Origin: an uncultured Clostridia bacterium
GTDB lineage: Bacteria > Bacillota > Clostridia > Christensenellales > UBA1242
NCBI GenBank assembly: GCA_944384465.1
Contig: CALWTK010000003.1
Location: 34,383-98,382, forward strand
Direction: 5' to 3'
DNA length: 64,000 nucleotides
Shown here: positions 36,964 through 47,159 of the stretch, one piece after another
How positions within the stretch are numbered: the first letter of the stretch is position 1
Layout: the number at the start of each line of letters is the position of its first letter
The notes under the pieces: generated by a model
What the model saw: only the letters and a program-made list of their open reading frames with translations
What the model was told of the DNA's origin: nothing
The model's database searches: none
Program-made: the position numbers and the translations under genes

Positions 36964-37167
36964 AAATTCTCCTTAAAATTCACTTTAAATTTTACCTAAA
37001 TAGCATAGCGAAAGAAATAAAAAAAATCAACTAAAATTTAGCATTTTTATGACTTAATTTTAGTTTATTTTAAAATTGAAAAAATTTTATTGAATTATTT
37101 GAAATTGCTTGAAATTTATTTTACTTTAAGCAAAATTTATGGTAGAGTATAAAAAATATTTTTTTAA

Positions 37168-37839
37168 TTAAATAAATTCAAACGACTTTAAATCTACATT
37201 AAATTTGATGTATAAAATATTATGTAATAATCTCAATGCCTGACTAAAGGTGTTGTTTTTTTCTATCACTTCAACCTCATTATTTATATTTTTAATTAGT
37301 GAATATACTTTTTTATCTATCTGCACGCTGTTGTACTCTTTTTTGTCTGTGAAATTGCCTGTCGTCTTGTCCAAATAGATGATGTTGTCCAAATCGAAGC
37401 TCAACCCTAGCCCAGCAAAATTAATGAATTTTAAAATAAAATCAATTGTAGCAATTTTTTCATCTTTCTCTTCAATGTTTTTCAAGGCGGACAAGGTGAG
37501 CAAAAATACATCTTGCTCTTCCTTTTCGTTCGGCAATATTGAACGAATTATATCTAAAACAATATAACCGCATATAGTCTTTTCGTAAGACGCAATTATA
37601 CCACTAAAATTGTCAATCAAAGACGCTGATGTAACTGTACGCAAATTTCCAGATTTGTTCAAAATAAAATCTGCGAACACAAAGGGTTGGGTGAAAGCTT
37701 TTAGTTTCGCTTTCTCTTTTTTTACCCCAGTGAATTTCGCCGAGATGAGCCCATGCTCTAGTGTAAAAATGGAAGCGAGCTTGTCCGCTTCTTTATAATC
37801 AATGGTCTTTAATACTATTCCCTTTAATCTCTCTTCCAT
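37168..37839 (-). CDS. recO: DNA repair protein RecO
   Basis: 223 aa. OB-fold N-terminus (GIVLKTIDYKEADKLASIFT). In the conserved era-(yqzL)-recO position. Confidence 0.85.
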   Translation of the reverse strand: MEERLKGIVLKTIDYKEADKLASIFTLEHGLISAKFTGVKKEKAKLKAFTQPFVFADFILNKSGNLRTVTSASLIDNFSGIIASYEKTICGYIVLDIIRSILPNEKEEQDVFLLTLSALKNIEEKDEKIATIDFILKFINFAGLGLSFDLDNIIYLDKTTGNFTDKKEYNSVQIDKKVYSLIKNINNEVEVIEKNNTFSQALRLLHNILYIKFNVDLKSFEFI

Positions 37840-37854
37840 AATTTATCATTAGTT

Positions 37855-38019
37855 TTATAAAGATAATTCTTCCGTATTAGTATGTTCGATTTCTATATTT
37901 TTTACATCATCATACAATTTATTTAAACATACATACATGTTATAAAACTCAATTTTCCCGGTACGGAAAAATAATTCTTTGTACCCATCAATTAGGCTAA
38001 TATTTTTATTTTCTTTCAT
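37855..38019 (-). CDS. YqzL-like small protein (54 aa)
   Basis: Own translation: MKENKNISLIDGYKELFFRTGKIEFYNMYVCLNKLYDDVKNIEIEHTNTEELSL behind AAAGGGGG. The F..TG.I..Y pattern and the era/recO intergenic position match B. subtilis yqzL. Below the ORF-track size cut-off. Confidence 0.5.
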   Translation of the reverse strand: MKENKNISLIDGYKELFFRTGKIEFYNMYVCLNKLYDDVKNIEIEHTNTEELSL

Positions 38020-38057
38020 ACAGCCCCCTTTCTCTATTCTATGTAAGAATAGGTATA

Positions 38058-39431
38058 TTATTCACCAAAGTGCAAGCCAAATTCACGAATTGCGGCGTTA
38101 TCGTTGCGCCAATTTGGTCTCACTTTTACAAAAAGTTGTAGATTGACATGCTCACCAGTTAGCGCCTCTATAGACTTGCGCGCCATTGTGGAGATTTTCT
38201 TTATCATCGCTCCATTTTTTCCTAAAATGATTGCCTTATGCGACTCTTTTTCACAATACAAATCCGCGAAGATTGAGAGCGGAGTCGATTCTTCATCATA
38301 TTTTGAGATGACGACTTGAATTCCGTGCGGAATCTCATCGTCGAGCAGCAAAAGCACTTTTTCTCTGATAATCTCCGCCACCATGAAACGTAAGTTTTTA
38401 TCAGTATATTCGTCTGTAGGAAAGTATCTCATCTCATGATCAAAAGTCGGCAAATACTTTTTTATCATATCTATAAGGACATCACAATTTTTCCCTTTCA
38501 ATGCTGAAATTGGTAAAATTTCGTCCACTTTCGCTATCTTGCCTATAACCAACAACTGCGGATACAATTTTTCGAAAGTCGTCTCGTCTATTTTGTTGAT
38601 GAGAAGTATTTTTTTACCTTCGTCACTCACCTTTTTGTCTATACTCTCATATTGTTCAACCAGCGGTTTATTCGCCGCAATTAGCATCAATATAATTTCA
38701 GTGTCTAAAGTGGCGTTTTCTATATTCTTTTCCATTTCGTCGTCGACTTTGTTCTTGCGCTTGTGATAGCCTGGTGTGTCGACAAAGACAATTTGAGAAT
38801 TGTCATCATTGTACACACCTATGATGTTTTCTCGTGTGGTCTGTGATTTTGGACTGACTATTGCCACATGCTCGCCGACTAGCTTATTGATAAGAGTACT
38901 CTTGCCCGCATTGGTGTCTCCCACAATGGTAACAAAGCCAGATTTAAAGGCAATATCCCTGGTGATGCCCAAGTCTATCAATATCTTGTCCTGCATCTCT
39001 TCCATTTCTTTTGCTTCCGCCTTGGTCATATGGTCGTAGCCAAGTATATGCAACATGCCGTGACAAAATAGGAAACATATCTCTCTACGTAAAGAGTGAC
39101 CATATTCTTTTGCTTGAGCTTTTGCTTTGTTTAGGCAAATATAGATGTCGCCTATCGTCAAACTATTGTCGTCAACATCAATGTCGTATTTGTAGTCGTC
39201 TATATTTAGCCTTGCTTTCGGCTTCAATTCAACATATGGATAGGTCAATACGTCTGTAACTTTGTCAATATTCCTAGTAGATTTATTTAATTCTTTTATA
39301 GTATCTTCGTCCACGAAACTTAGGTTGACTTTGACCTGTTTTGGAAGCGAAAACGACTTTGAGATATAGTCAAAAACTTTTTTTATATCTCTCTTCAAAT
39401 CTTCGCTAACTTTTGTCACAAATTCAACCAT
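38058..39431 (-). CDS. era: fusion protein: endoribonuclease YbeY (N-terminal) + GTPase Era (C-terminal)
   Basis: aa 1-155 carry the YbeY metal site HGMLHILGYDH. From about aa 165 the Era motifs follow: G1 GDTNAGKSTL, DTPG, NKID and a C-terminal KH domain. One uninterrupted 457-aa frame. Confidence 0.9.
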   Translation of the reverse strand: MVEFVTKVSEDLKRDIKKVFDYISKSFSLPKQVKVNLSFVDEDTIKELNKSTRNIDKVTDVLTYPYVELKPKARLNIDDYKYDIDVDDNSLTIGDIYICLNKAKAQAKEYGHSLRREICFLFCHGMLHILGYDHMTKAEAKEMEEMQDKILIDLGITRDIAFKSGFVTIVGDTNAGKSTLINKLVGEHVAIVSPKSQTTRENIIGVYNDDNSQIVFVDTPGYHKRKNKVDDEMEKNIENATLDTEIILMLIAANKPLVEQYESIDKKVSDEGKKILLINKIDETTFEKLYPQLLVIGKIAKVDEILPISALKGKNCDVLIDMIKKYLPTFDHEMRYFPTDEYTDKNLRFMVAEIIREKVLLLLDDEIPHGIQVVISKYDEESTPLSIFADLYCEKESHKAIILGKNGAMIKKISTMARKSIEALTGEHVNLQLFVKVRPNWRNDNAAIREFGLHFGE

Positions 39432-40515
39432 TAATCACACCCAACACAGTTATAGTCGTACAAGCGAACATTTTGTCTCCCATAATAGTCGTCTCTGTAT
39501 TCTCATCTAGCATTTCGATGTATTGTGGCAACATTGAATATGCGTTTTCGACACTTTTTTGTGCTAGATCATCTTTTTCTATCTCAAAATTGTGTTCAAC
39601 AACAGTAGGTTGCAATTCATAATACGTCACCACATCACGACTGATAGGAAGCAGATCGCTTATATACTCATTATACATTTCCGTCTCAAAAAGTGCAAAC
39701 GAATTTTTGGCTTTGCCGCTAAATAGGTTCAAGCTAAACAATCTGTAATTGTATACTGTGGTTGAATTGCCAGTTCGCTTCAACACATATTCATACCTAT
39801 TCAATTCGCACTTGCTAACAACGAAAATCTGCCCACGTATCTCTGCAATTGGCTCAACGCTCACTTTTTCGCCATTGCTATTGATGTTGAATGGTAAAAC
39901 TAGAGCGTCCCCTATGTTTACGTAATCCCCCACTTTCACGTTTGTCGTGCCAGTGATGATATTTATATCCGTGACAATACCATTAAATTTTGCCACAATC
40001 GGCTCAAAAGTCTGTTCCACATAGACTAGTTTTTCGCTGATATTGATGATGATACTTGTCCCTTGGCGTATGACGGACACTTGAGCTATCATGTCATAAT
40101 TGTTCAACAAAATGTTCTCAATATCAACACTTGATTGAAGATTTATCTTTCCCACTCTTATCCCATTGTCATTCAATACATCTGTTATGTCGCTTTCAGT
40201 CAGATCTTTTGTCCCATATATTTCAATCTGCCAAGTGTAGTTGCTGGCAAATAAGGCAAAAATCATACCAAAAAACACACCTAAAATTATCCCTAAATTC
40301 GCGAGCGTCAATTTTGGCAAGCGTTTTATGAGACCCAAGGTGGATATAACTTTGTAATTTTTTATGTAGCGTTTTACTTTTTTTTCGTCTCGGTCGTCGA
40401 CTTCAAATATCACATGATTGTGATGAGAGCGGACGACATTATATAGGGTGATCTTTTTTAGGTACAATTTTTTCAACAAATTTTCAATATCATAACCCGT
40501 CAAATCAAACTTCAT
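39424..40515 (-). CDS. yqfD: sporulation protein YqfD
   Basis: 363 aa with a central TM helix (LGIILGVFFGMIFALFA). It follows yqfC with a 4-nt overlap. Confidence 0.8.
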   Translation of the reverse strand: MKFDLTGYDIENLLKKLYLKKITLYNVVRSHHNHVIFEVDDRDEKKVKRYIKNYKVISTLGLIKRLPKLTLANLGIILGVFFGMIFALFASNYTWQIEIYGTKDLTESDITDVLNDNGIRVGKINLQSSVDIENILLNNYDMIAQVSVIRQGTSIIINISEKLVYVEQTFEPIVAKFNGIVTDINIITGTTNVKVGDYVNIGDALVLPFNINSNGEKVSVEPIAEIRGQIFVVSKCELNRYEYVLKRTGNSTTVYNYRLFSLNLFSGKAKNSFALFETEMYNEYISDLLPISRDVVTYYELQPTVVEHNFEIEKDDLAQKSVENAYSMLPQYIEMLDENTETTIMGDKMFACTTITVLGVING

Positions 40516-40766
40516 CTTATCCCCACATTTTTTATACTGCCTTCTATTACGCAGGTGTTTTTATCCAGATATTTTATTTTCAGATCATGCCCTTCTACAA
40601 TTAGCATTGCCTTTTTCATCTGAAATTGCATCTCATCTATACCAAAACTTATGACCGACTTTATCCCTTCAATATACAAAAATTTACCACCAAGATTGAC
40701 CGTCCTATAGTTTATGGATATCTCGGTATCCTGCATAAACTTATTTATCTCATCCAACATGCTCAT
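40512..40766 (-). CDS. yqfC: sporulation protein YqfC (YabP family)
   Basis: 84 aa with the YabP-like pattern (...LYIEGIKSVISFGIDEMQF...LIVEGHDLKIKYL...CVIEGSI). Confidence 0.78.
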   Translation of the reverse strand: MSMLDEINKFMQDTEISINYRTVNLGGKFLYIEGIKSVISFGIDEMQFQMKKAMLIVEGHDLKIKYLDKNTCVIEGSIKNVGIR

Positions 40767-40842
40767 AAAAAATTATATGTTGCGACTACAAAAAAAAGAC
40801 ATCCCTAACCTCACAAAAGGACATCACTAATTTGTATAAAAA

Positions 40843-40880
40843 ATAAAAAAACAAAGATAAAGACATCTAGCCTTTATCTT
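40843..40880 (-). terminator. intrinsic terminator of the ABC-F gene
   Basis: Minus strand: AAGATAAAG-GCTAGATGT-CTTTATCTT followed by TGTTTTTTT. Confidence 0.7.
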
Positions 40881-40895
40881 ATATTAATTTTTCAT

Positions 40896-42476
40896 TTAGT
40901 TTTTCATCTGGGTGTCGACATATGTCTCATAATCAATTTCACGGTCATATTCTAGGGTGTTATTAATTCTAATTATCCTATTGGCAACCGTAGACATTAT
41001 CTCTTCGTCATGAGTGGAGAATATCATGCACCCTTCGAACCTTTCCATGCCCTTGTTGAGCGCCGTGATTGACTCTAGATCAAGGTGATTGGTTGGCTCA
41101 TCTAGCAATAAGAAATTGCCACTCTCCAACATCATTTTAGCGAGCATACATCTGACCTTTTCTCCCCCGGACAGCACTTTTGCTTTCTTCTCCGCTTCTT
41201 CTCCGCTGAACAGCATACGCCCAAGCCAACTGCGCAAGAAGGTTGCATCATTTTCTTTCGTGAACTGACCTATCCACTCAATCAAAGACAAATCACAATT
41301 TTCAAAATAACTATTATTGTTCTGCGGAAGATATGTGTGGGTAATAGTTTTGCCCCAGACAACTTCGCCCTTATAATCTTTATCAACACCCGCCAGTATA
41401 TCGAATAGCGCCGTCACGACGTTGCTGTTGTCCGACATGATGGCAATCTTATTCCCTGGGCGAACGGTGAAAGACACATTTTCAAACAGACCTTTTTTCG
41501 TCAAATTCTTGACAAACAAGATGTCGTTACCTATCCTTTGCTCAAACTTAAAGTCAATATATGGATATTTCCTACTGCTAGGCTTTATGTCCTCAATCGT
41601 CAGTCGCTCCAATTCCTTTTTCCTGCTGGTCGCCTGCCTTGATTTCGAAGCATTGGCAGAAAATCGTGCTATGAACTCTTGCAATTCTTTTGCGCGCTGT
41701 TCCGCTTTCTTGTTCTGCTCTTTTTGCTGTCTCAAAGCTAACTGACTTGATTCGTACCAGAAATCATAGTTACCTAGATATAAGTTTATTTTCCCATAAT
41801 CAATATCGCAAATATGAGTACACACCTTATTCAAAAAATGTCTATTGTGGCTGACTATGATGATGGTGTTTTCAAAATTTAAGATGAAATCTTCTAGCCA
41901 ACGGATAGTCTTCAGGTCCAAATTGTTTGTCGGTTCGTCCAAAATCAGGTTGTCAGGATTAGAAAATAGCGCCTGAGCGAGCAAGACTTTCACCTTGATT
42001 TTGCTGTCCACATTCGCCATAAGTTCGTGATGCAACTCTTTCGGAATATCAAGTGAGTTTAGTAGACTTTCCGCTTCGCTCTCTGCGTCCCAACCATTGA
42101 GCTCCATGAATTCAGCTTCCAATTCGCCTAATTTTACGCCGTCTTCTTCTGTAAAGTCTGTCTTTGCATAATACATCTCTTTTTCGTCCATGATTTCAAC
42201 CAGACGCTTATGCCCCATCAAAACAGTACGCAACACGGTATACTCATTGTATTTTTCTTGGTTCTGTTCGAGTACGGACAATCTCTCTTTCGGCGGGATG
42301 ATGACTTCGCCCTTGTTTGGCTCTAACTCACCTGAAAGCACCTTCATAAAGGTAGATTTTCCCGCGCCATTGGCACCTATCACCCCGTAACAATTGCCTT
42401 TGGTGAATTTCAGATTGACATCTTCAAAAAGTTTTCTACTCCCAAACTGAACCGCTACATTATTTACAGTTATCAT
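40896..42476 (-). CDS. ABC-F family ATPase (two fused ABC domains, no TM domain)
   Basis: Walker A GANGAGKSTF, two signature motifs (second LSGGEK) and a basic inter-domain linker (QKEQNKKAEQRAKELQEFI). 526 aa. Confidence 0.9.
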   Translation of the reverse strand: MITVNNVAVQFGSRKLFEDVNLKFTKGNCYGVIGANGAGKSTFMKVLSGELEPNKGEVIIPPKERLSVLEQNQEKYNEYTVLRTVLMGHKRLVEIMDEKEMYYAKTDFTEEDGVKLGELEAEFMELNGWDAESEAESLLNSLDIPKELHHELMANVDSKIKVKVLLAQALFSNPDNLILDEPTNNLDLKTIRWLEDFILNFENTIIIVSHNRHFLNKVCTHICDIDYGKINLYLGNYDFWYESSQLALRQQKEQNKKAEQRAKELQEFIARFSANASKSRQATSRKKELERLTIEDIKPSSRKYPYIDFKFEQRIGNDILFVKNLTKKGLFENVSFTVRPGNKIAIMSDNSNVVTALFDILAGVDKDYKGEVVWGKTITHTYLPQNNNSYFENCDLSLIEWIGQFTKENDATFLRSWLGRMLFSGEEAEKKAKVLSGGEKVRCMLAKMMLESGNFLLLDEPTNHLDLESITALNKGMERFEGCMIFSTHDEEIMSTVANRIIRINNTLEYDREIDYETYVDTQMKN

Positions 42477-42731
42477 AATTCTCCTTATAAAACATTATAT
42501 TAGTCTATGTGATGGTCAAATTTAAACAAGTGTCATTTTATATTAATTTGTCACAAAATTCACAATAAATCATAACATCACGCTTTAATCAGCATCGGAT
42601 TTGCTAAAAACAGACTCTAGGCTTGCGCGCTTACAAACAAACCTTACTGACAATATAGAGTAACATATAAAAAAAATATTTGCAATAAAAAATCTTGTTT
42701 TGCTTGAAATAAAATCTATTGATTGTTTGAA

Positions 42732-43385
42732 TTAAAGCTGGATCTTCCGTGTATGATGTACAAATATTCTATTTGACAAATAAATTATGCCAACTGTCAG
42801 CACATAGCCCATGCACCAGCCAGCCAAGACATCACTAAAATAATGTACCCCTAGATATATTCTAGACAACCCTAGCATGAAAATAAGGCAACCTAACGAA
42901 AGAATTAGCCCAAATTTAACAGTCTTGTTTTGAATCTTTTTATAGACATAATATATGATTAGAGCGAATACTACAAAACTCATCATAGCATGAGCGGATG
43001 GAAAACTATATCCCGACTCTACAATCAAATTCACCATTTCAGGACGTGGTCGTTTGACAATAAATTTAATAATAAAATTAATGACTGCGCTGATAATTAA
43101 CCCCACACCTAAAGTGATACCCACTTTTTTATCTTTACAAAAGATCAAGAACAACAGCACTATTATTACCAACGCTAAAATGGAACCCAAATAGGTAAAA
43201 TATTCAAAAAATTTATCTAAAAACTCGCTTCTAGAATTCTTTACAAACATATCATAAAAACCGTTGTCAAAAGGTGCAGTTTTATTATATACGACCAAGC
43301 ACAACAATACAAAAAACAGCACTAAAAATACAACTAATAGTGCCAAGTTCAATATAAAAAGTCCTTTATTTTTTGTGCTCTGCAT
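42732..43385 (-). CDS. PAP2-family lipid phosphatase (BcrC/undecaprenyl-diphosphatase-like)
   Basis: Motifs KRPRP, SFPSAHA and SRIYLGVHYFSD, with 5-6 TM helices. Confidence 0.85.
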   Translation of the reverse strand: MQSTKNKGLFILNLALLVVFLVLFFVLLCLVVYNKTAPFDNGFYDMFVKNSRSEFLDKFFEYFTYLGSILALVIIVLLFLIFCKDKKVGITLGVGLIISAVINFIIKFIVKRPRPEMVNLIVESGYSFPSAHAMMSFVVFALIIYYVYKKIQNKTVKFGLILSLGCLIFMLGLSRIYLGVHYFSDVLAGWCMGYVLTVGIIYLSNRIFVHHTRKIQL

Positions 43386-43526
43386 ACAATTATGATTTAC
43401 TATAAATGCTTTTATATGAATTAAAAATTAAATTATGGCTATAAAGAACAAAAATTTCTTTTTATTCATTTCTTTTTTTTGCAAAAATTGTTGATTTTGT
43501 TATTATATCGAGTAAAGTATTAATAG

Positions 43527-43606
43527 AAATTCAAGACAGAAAATCGGCTGGGCATTGGGACCCTCTCCATTCTCTTGCTACTTATGTAGGTCTTGAATTT
43601 TTTAAT
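43527..43606 (+). other. long-stem hairpin + T-run: terminator or small-RNA candidate
   Basis: AAATTCAAGAC (43527-37) pairs with GTCTTGAATTT (43590-43600) around a 52-nt G/C-richer interior, and is followed by more T. A possible promoter, TTGCAA-16 nt-TATTAT, lies at 43479-43506. Confidence 0.3.
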
Positions 43607-43699
43607 TATCCGACTGTGACATATCAAAATTACAGCGTGATTTTTAGCTAATTTCAACCTCTTTTAGTAAAAGATGATACAATGCCGAAACTAATTAAA

Positions 43700-44137
43700 T
43701 TATCTATTTATAAAGCGCCTAATGCCGTCAAAATTGTCACATTCAGTGTGCTGTGTAAAATAGACTAGGCATGACATTGCATTGATCTCCATCAAAACCT
43801 CTAGAGCAATCTTGACTATATCTCTTGTAGTAATCTCCTGTTTTTGCAATGCAAATAATTGGCTCTCTATATTAGAGACAATATCCTCTAGCTGTTCGCT
43901 GGCTATGCCTGTACAATATGTAGCATATTTGATACTCTCGAGAAGTTTTTCTCTTTTGAAAGGCTCACGCTCATTTAATACATTCGTCACAATCATAGGA
44001 TTGCGTTCAACTGTTTCATAGGTTGTAAAACGCTTTCCGCACTTCAAACATTCCCTGCGTCTACGTATGCTCATATCCTTTAGATATCTGCTATCCACTA
44101 CTTTACTCTCATTATTCCCACAAAAAATACATCTCAT
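43700..44137 (-). CDS. nrdR: transcriptional repressor NrdR
   Basis: Zinc ribbon MRCIFCGNNESKVVDSR...CLKCGKRFTTYE followed by an ATP-cone. Start taken at ATG 44137 behind GGAG; the track's 44167 start adds 10 unsupported residues. Confidence 0.92.
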   Translation of the reverse strand: MRCIFCGNNESKVVDSRYLKDMSIRRRRECLKCGKRFTTYETVERNPMIVTNVLNEREPFKREKLLESIKYATYCTGIASEQLEDIVSNIESQLFALQKQEITTRDIVKIALEVLMEINAMSCLVYFTQHTECDNFDGIRRFINR

Positions 44138-44221
44138 GCTACAACTCCTGCATTTATTATGGCACATTTCGTCGAAAATAACAAATGAAATTGTGGAATT
44201 TTGATATAAAATTTTTACAAA

Positions 44222-44539
44222 TTATTGTTTTAAAGCGATAATATTGTTGCGATTATGTTTGTTTGGCGGACCTTTTTGCTGTGGTGGGGAATTGTCATCA
44301 ACATACAACTCTACCAAAATCACATCAACTCCAATTTTGCATACACAATTATATGGTATGAATAAATCTTTGTTGTTCCTAAACAGTCCCCAAAATCCTT
44401 GATTCGGTTGTGGTACGACAAAACCCAGAGCGTTCGCTGTCACGACGTCAAAAATCACATCAGTTATATGCCCTAGACATTTTCCGTCAACTGTGTTTAC
44501 TACCTGCTTGGATTTGAGTTCTAGGAAAGAGACTTCCAT
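44222..44539 (-). CDS. YlmC/YmxH-family PRC-barrel protein (sporulation-associated)
   Basis: LKSKQVVNTVDGKCLGHITDVIFD...IPYNCVCKIGVDVILV is the typical YlmC/YmxH pattern. Confidence 0.78.
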   Translation of the reverse strand: MEVSFLELKSKQVVNTVDGKCLGHITDVIFDVVTANALGFVVPQPNQGFWGLFRNNKDLFIPYNCVCKIGVDVILVELYVDDNSPPQQKGPPNKHNRNNIIALKQ

Positions 44540-44660
44540 ATTATAAAATATGTTAGTTTTTAGAATATGATGTCATATTTTACCAATAATTAGCATAAAA
44601 TCTTTTATTTAATTCGCCTAAACTGATTGCATTGATTAGACAATGATAAACAATGATACA

Positions 44661-44685
44661 AAAAAATCCTAAATAGGATTTTTTC
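44661..44685 (-). terminator. bidirectional hairpin terminator after the topoisomerase A-subunit gene
   Basis: AAAAAATCCT-AAAT-AGGATTTTTT. Confidence 0.7.
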
Positions 44686-44711
44686 TTTGCTTTTATTGAG
44701 TTTTTATAAAG

Positions 44712-47159
44712 TTAATTCAAATATAGTCCCACATCTTTTAGTTGCAATTTCTGCTTTTTGAACAGTGGCTTGCATGGATTGGTACGTGATTGAATAGGGA
44801 TATCATTAACATCTACTATGTATATCTCATCTTTTTTATCTGCCAAGACTACTTCACCTGTAACAATTGGTGAAATTATATCAAAAATCTTCTCTTTGCC
44901 TGTGATTATTTTCAGCCCCTTTCTATTCCTTGCGCCGATTGGAATTTCATTTAGACTAAACTTTTTGGCACTTCCGTCGTCTGTTATTACCAAAACTCTA
45001 TCTAGAGTGTTTACCTGACTAGCAAAAATTACTTTTGCATCAGTATTTAGACTGATACCTATCACTCCCCCGCTATTGCGCTTTGTGGTAGGGGCAGTCT
45101 TGTACTCAAAATTGACAGCCATACCATCGCTCGCCACCATCAAAATTGACGGCATATTATCATTTATTTGTACAGAGACTACTCTATCAAAATCCTTTAA
45201 TTTCAAGGCAATGCTGTTAGATTTCAATCCTTCAAATTCACTCGTCGCTGTACGCTTTATATAACCATCCTGCGTCATAAAAATAAGTTCGCTCACTTCC
45301 TGCATTTCGCGTTCATCAAATATGCCTACAATTTTTTCTTTTGTCTCCGCTTGAGTTATCTGACTAAACGCATGTCCCTTTTGAATGAATTTCACATTCG
45401 GTATGTCTCGCACAGGCACGCGGAAGAAATTGCCAAAATTGGTAAATATACATACTTTGCTATTCATACTAGTTTGAACAATGAATTTGTGCAAAGAATT
45501 TAGGTTGTCATATTTGCTATAAGTAGGGCTAGCATTTTGAATTTGTTTTATATCCAAAGTCTTCAGTTTTAGTCCGTCGTTGCTAACCGCCACCGCACAC
45601 TCGGTATCCAACAACTTTTCAATAGGTGTTATATCATAAGTGTCAAAAGATTTCACGATTTTGGTCTTTCTAGGAGTGGCGTATTTATTTTTTATCTCTT
45701 TCAATTCGCGTTTAATCACGGCGTATTGTTTGTTTTTGCTGTTTAAAATTGCGGTATACTCTTCTATATCTCTCCTTAATTGCGCCAATTCTTCCTGCAA
45801 TTTCACTGTCTCTAAATTGGTCAGTCTACTTAGACGCATATCCAAAATCGCCTGTGTTTGTACTTCAGTCAGTTTGAATCGTGCCATCAATTTTTCCTTT
45901 GCGTCCGCGGTGGAAGCAGAAGTCTTGATGATCTTAATGACTTCATCTATATTTTGAATCGCAATACACAGTCCTTCGACTATATGTGCACGTGCTTTGG
46001 CTTTATCTAGGTCAAATTGCGTCCTTTTGACGATCACATCCAGTTGAAACTTGATATAATATGACAGATAATCCAATAGTCCGAGTTGTTTTGGGCTGCC
46101 ATCAGCGATCGCTACCACATTATAGTTGAAATTCAACTGCATATCAGTGTGCTTCAATAGGATGGCAATTATATTATCTACATCCGCGTCTTTCTTGAGT
46201 GTTATCACTGCTCTGATGCCCGTCTTGTCAGATTCATCCAAAATTTCATAGATGTCTGCAAGTTCATCTTTCATCTTTTCCCTTAAATCACTCACAGATT
46301 TCAAAAATTCGGCTTTATTTACCTGATATGGCAATTCGGTGATGACAATATTTGTCCTACCGTTTTTCTCGTCTTCTAGGTGGAAATCGGCTCTAATCGC
46401 CACCTTCCCACGCCCGGTCATATAAGCTTCTCGCATCTCGTTAGACTCGCATATCATGCCACCAGTTGGAAAATCTGGTCCCTTTATGTATTGCATCATT
46501 TCGTCTAGACTGATGTTTGGATTGTCTATATACGCTATACATCCATCTATCATTTCGCCTAAATTGTGCGTAGGTATATTGGTCGCCAAACCTACCGCAA
46601 TCCCTGAAGCTCCGTTTACGAACAGATTCGGAAATCTCCCAGGCAGATAATCTGGCTCTTTCAAGGTGTCGTCAAAGTTGAAACTAAAGAACACTGTATC
46701 TTTGTCTAGATCTCGCATGAGTTCTAGCGCCAATGGACTCAATCTAACTTCGGTATAACGCATGGCTGCTGCCGGGTCGCCATCAATCGAACCGAAATTC
46801 CCCTGCCCCTCTATTAGACATTCTCCCATGACAAAATTTTGAGCCATTCTCACCATAGCTCCATATACGGACGAGTCTCCATGTGGGTGGAATTTACCCA
46901 AAGTATCCCCGACAATACGTGCAGACTTCTTAAACGGCTTGTCCGGAGTCACCCCCAACTCTATCATGTCATATAAAATACGCCTTTGAACAGGTTTTAG
47001 TCCGTCTTCTACACGCGGCAGCGCCCTATCCATTATGACATACTCGCTATACGGGAGCATTGATGTGGACATCACTTCTTCCACGGTTTTTTCAAACAGG
47101 TGCCCGGTAGGGACGATGTCTTTTACTTTCCCTTCTTTGTCATTTCTCTTGTCTAACAT
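44712..47159 (-). CDS. type IIA topoisomerase subunit A (GyrA/ParC family; ParC-like because no GyrA box was seen)
   Basis: Motifs [17 protein letters not shown] and AAMRYTE (catalytic Tyr). 815 aa. I could not find a QRRGGKG-type GyrA box at the start of the C-terminal beta-pinwheel. Confidence 0.85.
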   Translation of the reverse strand: MLDKRNDKEGKVKDIVPTGHLFEKTVEEVMSTSMLPYSEYVIMDRALPRVEDGLKPVQRRILYDMIELGVTPDKPFKKSARIVGDTLGKFHPHGDSSVYGAMVRMAQNFVMGECLIEGQGNFGSIDGDPAAAMRYTEVRLSPLALELMRDLDKDTVFFSFNFDDTLKEPDYLPGRFPNLFVNGASGIAVGLATNIPTHNLGEMIDGCIAYIDNPNISLDEMMQYIKGPDFPTGGMICESNEMREAYMTGRGKVAIRADFHLEDEKNGRTNIVITELPYQVNKAEFLKSVSDLREKMKDELADIYEILDESDKTGIRAVITLKKDADVDNIIAILLKHTDMQLNFNYNVVAIADGSPKQLGLLDYLSYYIKFQLDVIVKRTQFDLDKAKARAHIVEGLCIAIQNIDEVIKIIKTSASTADAKEKLMARFKLTEVQTQAILDMRLSRLTNLETVKLQEELAQLRRDIEEYTAILNSKNKQYAVIKRELKEIKNKYATPRKTKIVKSFDTYDITPIEKLLDTECAVAVSNDGLKLKTLDIKQIQNASPTYSKYDNLNSLHKFIVQTSMNSKVCIFTNFGNFFRVPVRDIPNVKFIQKGHAFSQITQAETKEKIVGIFDEREMQEVSELIFMTQDGYIKRTATSEFEGLKSNSIALKLKDFDRVVSVQINDNMPSILMVASDGMAVNFEYKTAPTTKRNSGGVIGISLNTDAKVIFASQVNTLDRVLVITDDGSAKKFSLNEIPIGARNRKGLKIITGKEKIFDIISPIVTGEVVLADKKDEIYIVDVNDIPIQSRTNPCKPLFKKQKLQLKDVGLYLN

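Noticed and set aside
43527-43606. tRNA or known small RNA (SRP, 6S, tmRNA fragments).
   Set aside because: It has no cloverleaf, no T-loop GTTCRANYC and no SRP domain IV motif. It is kept only as a hairpin/sRNA candidate.
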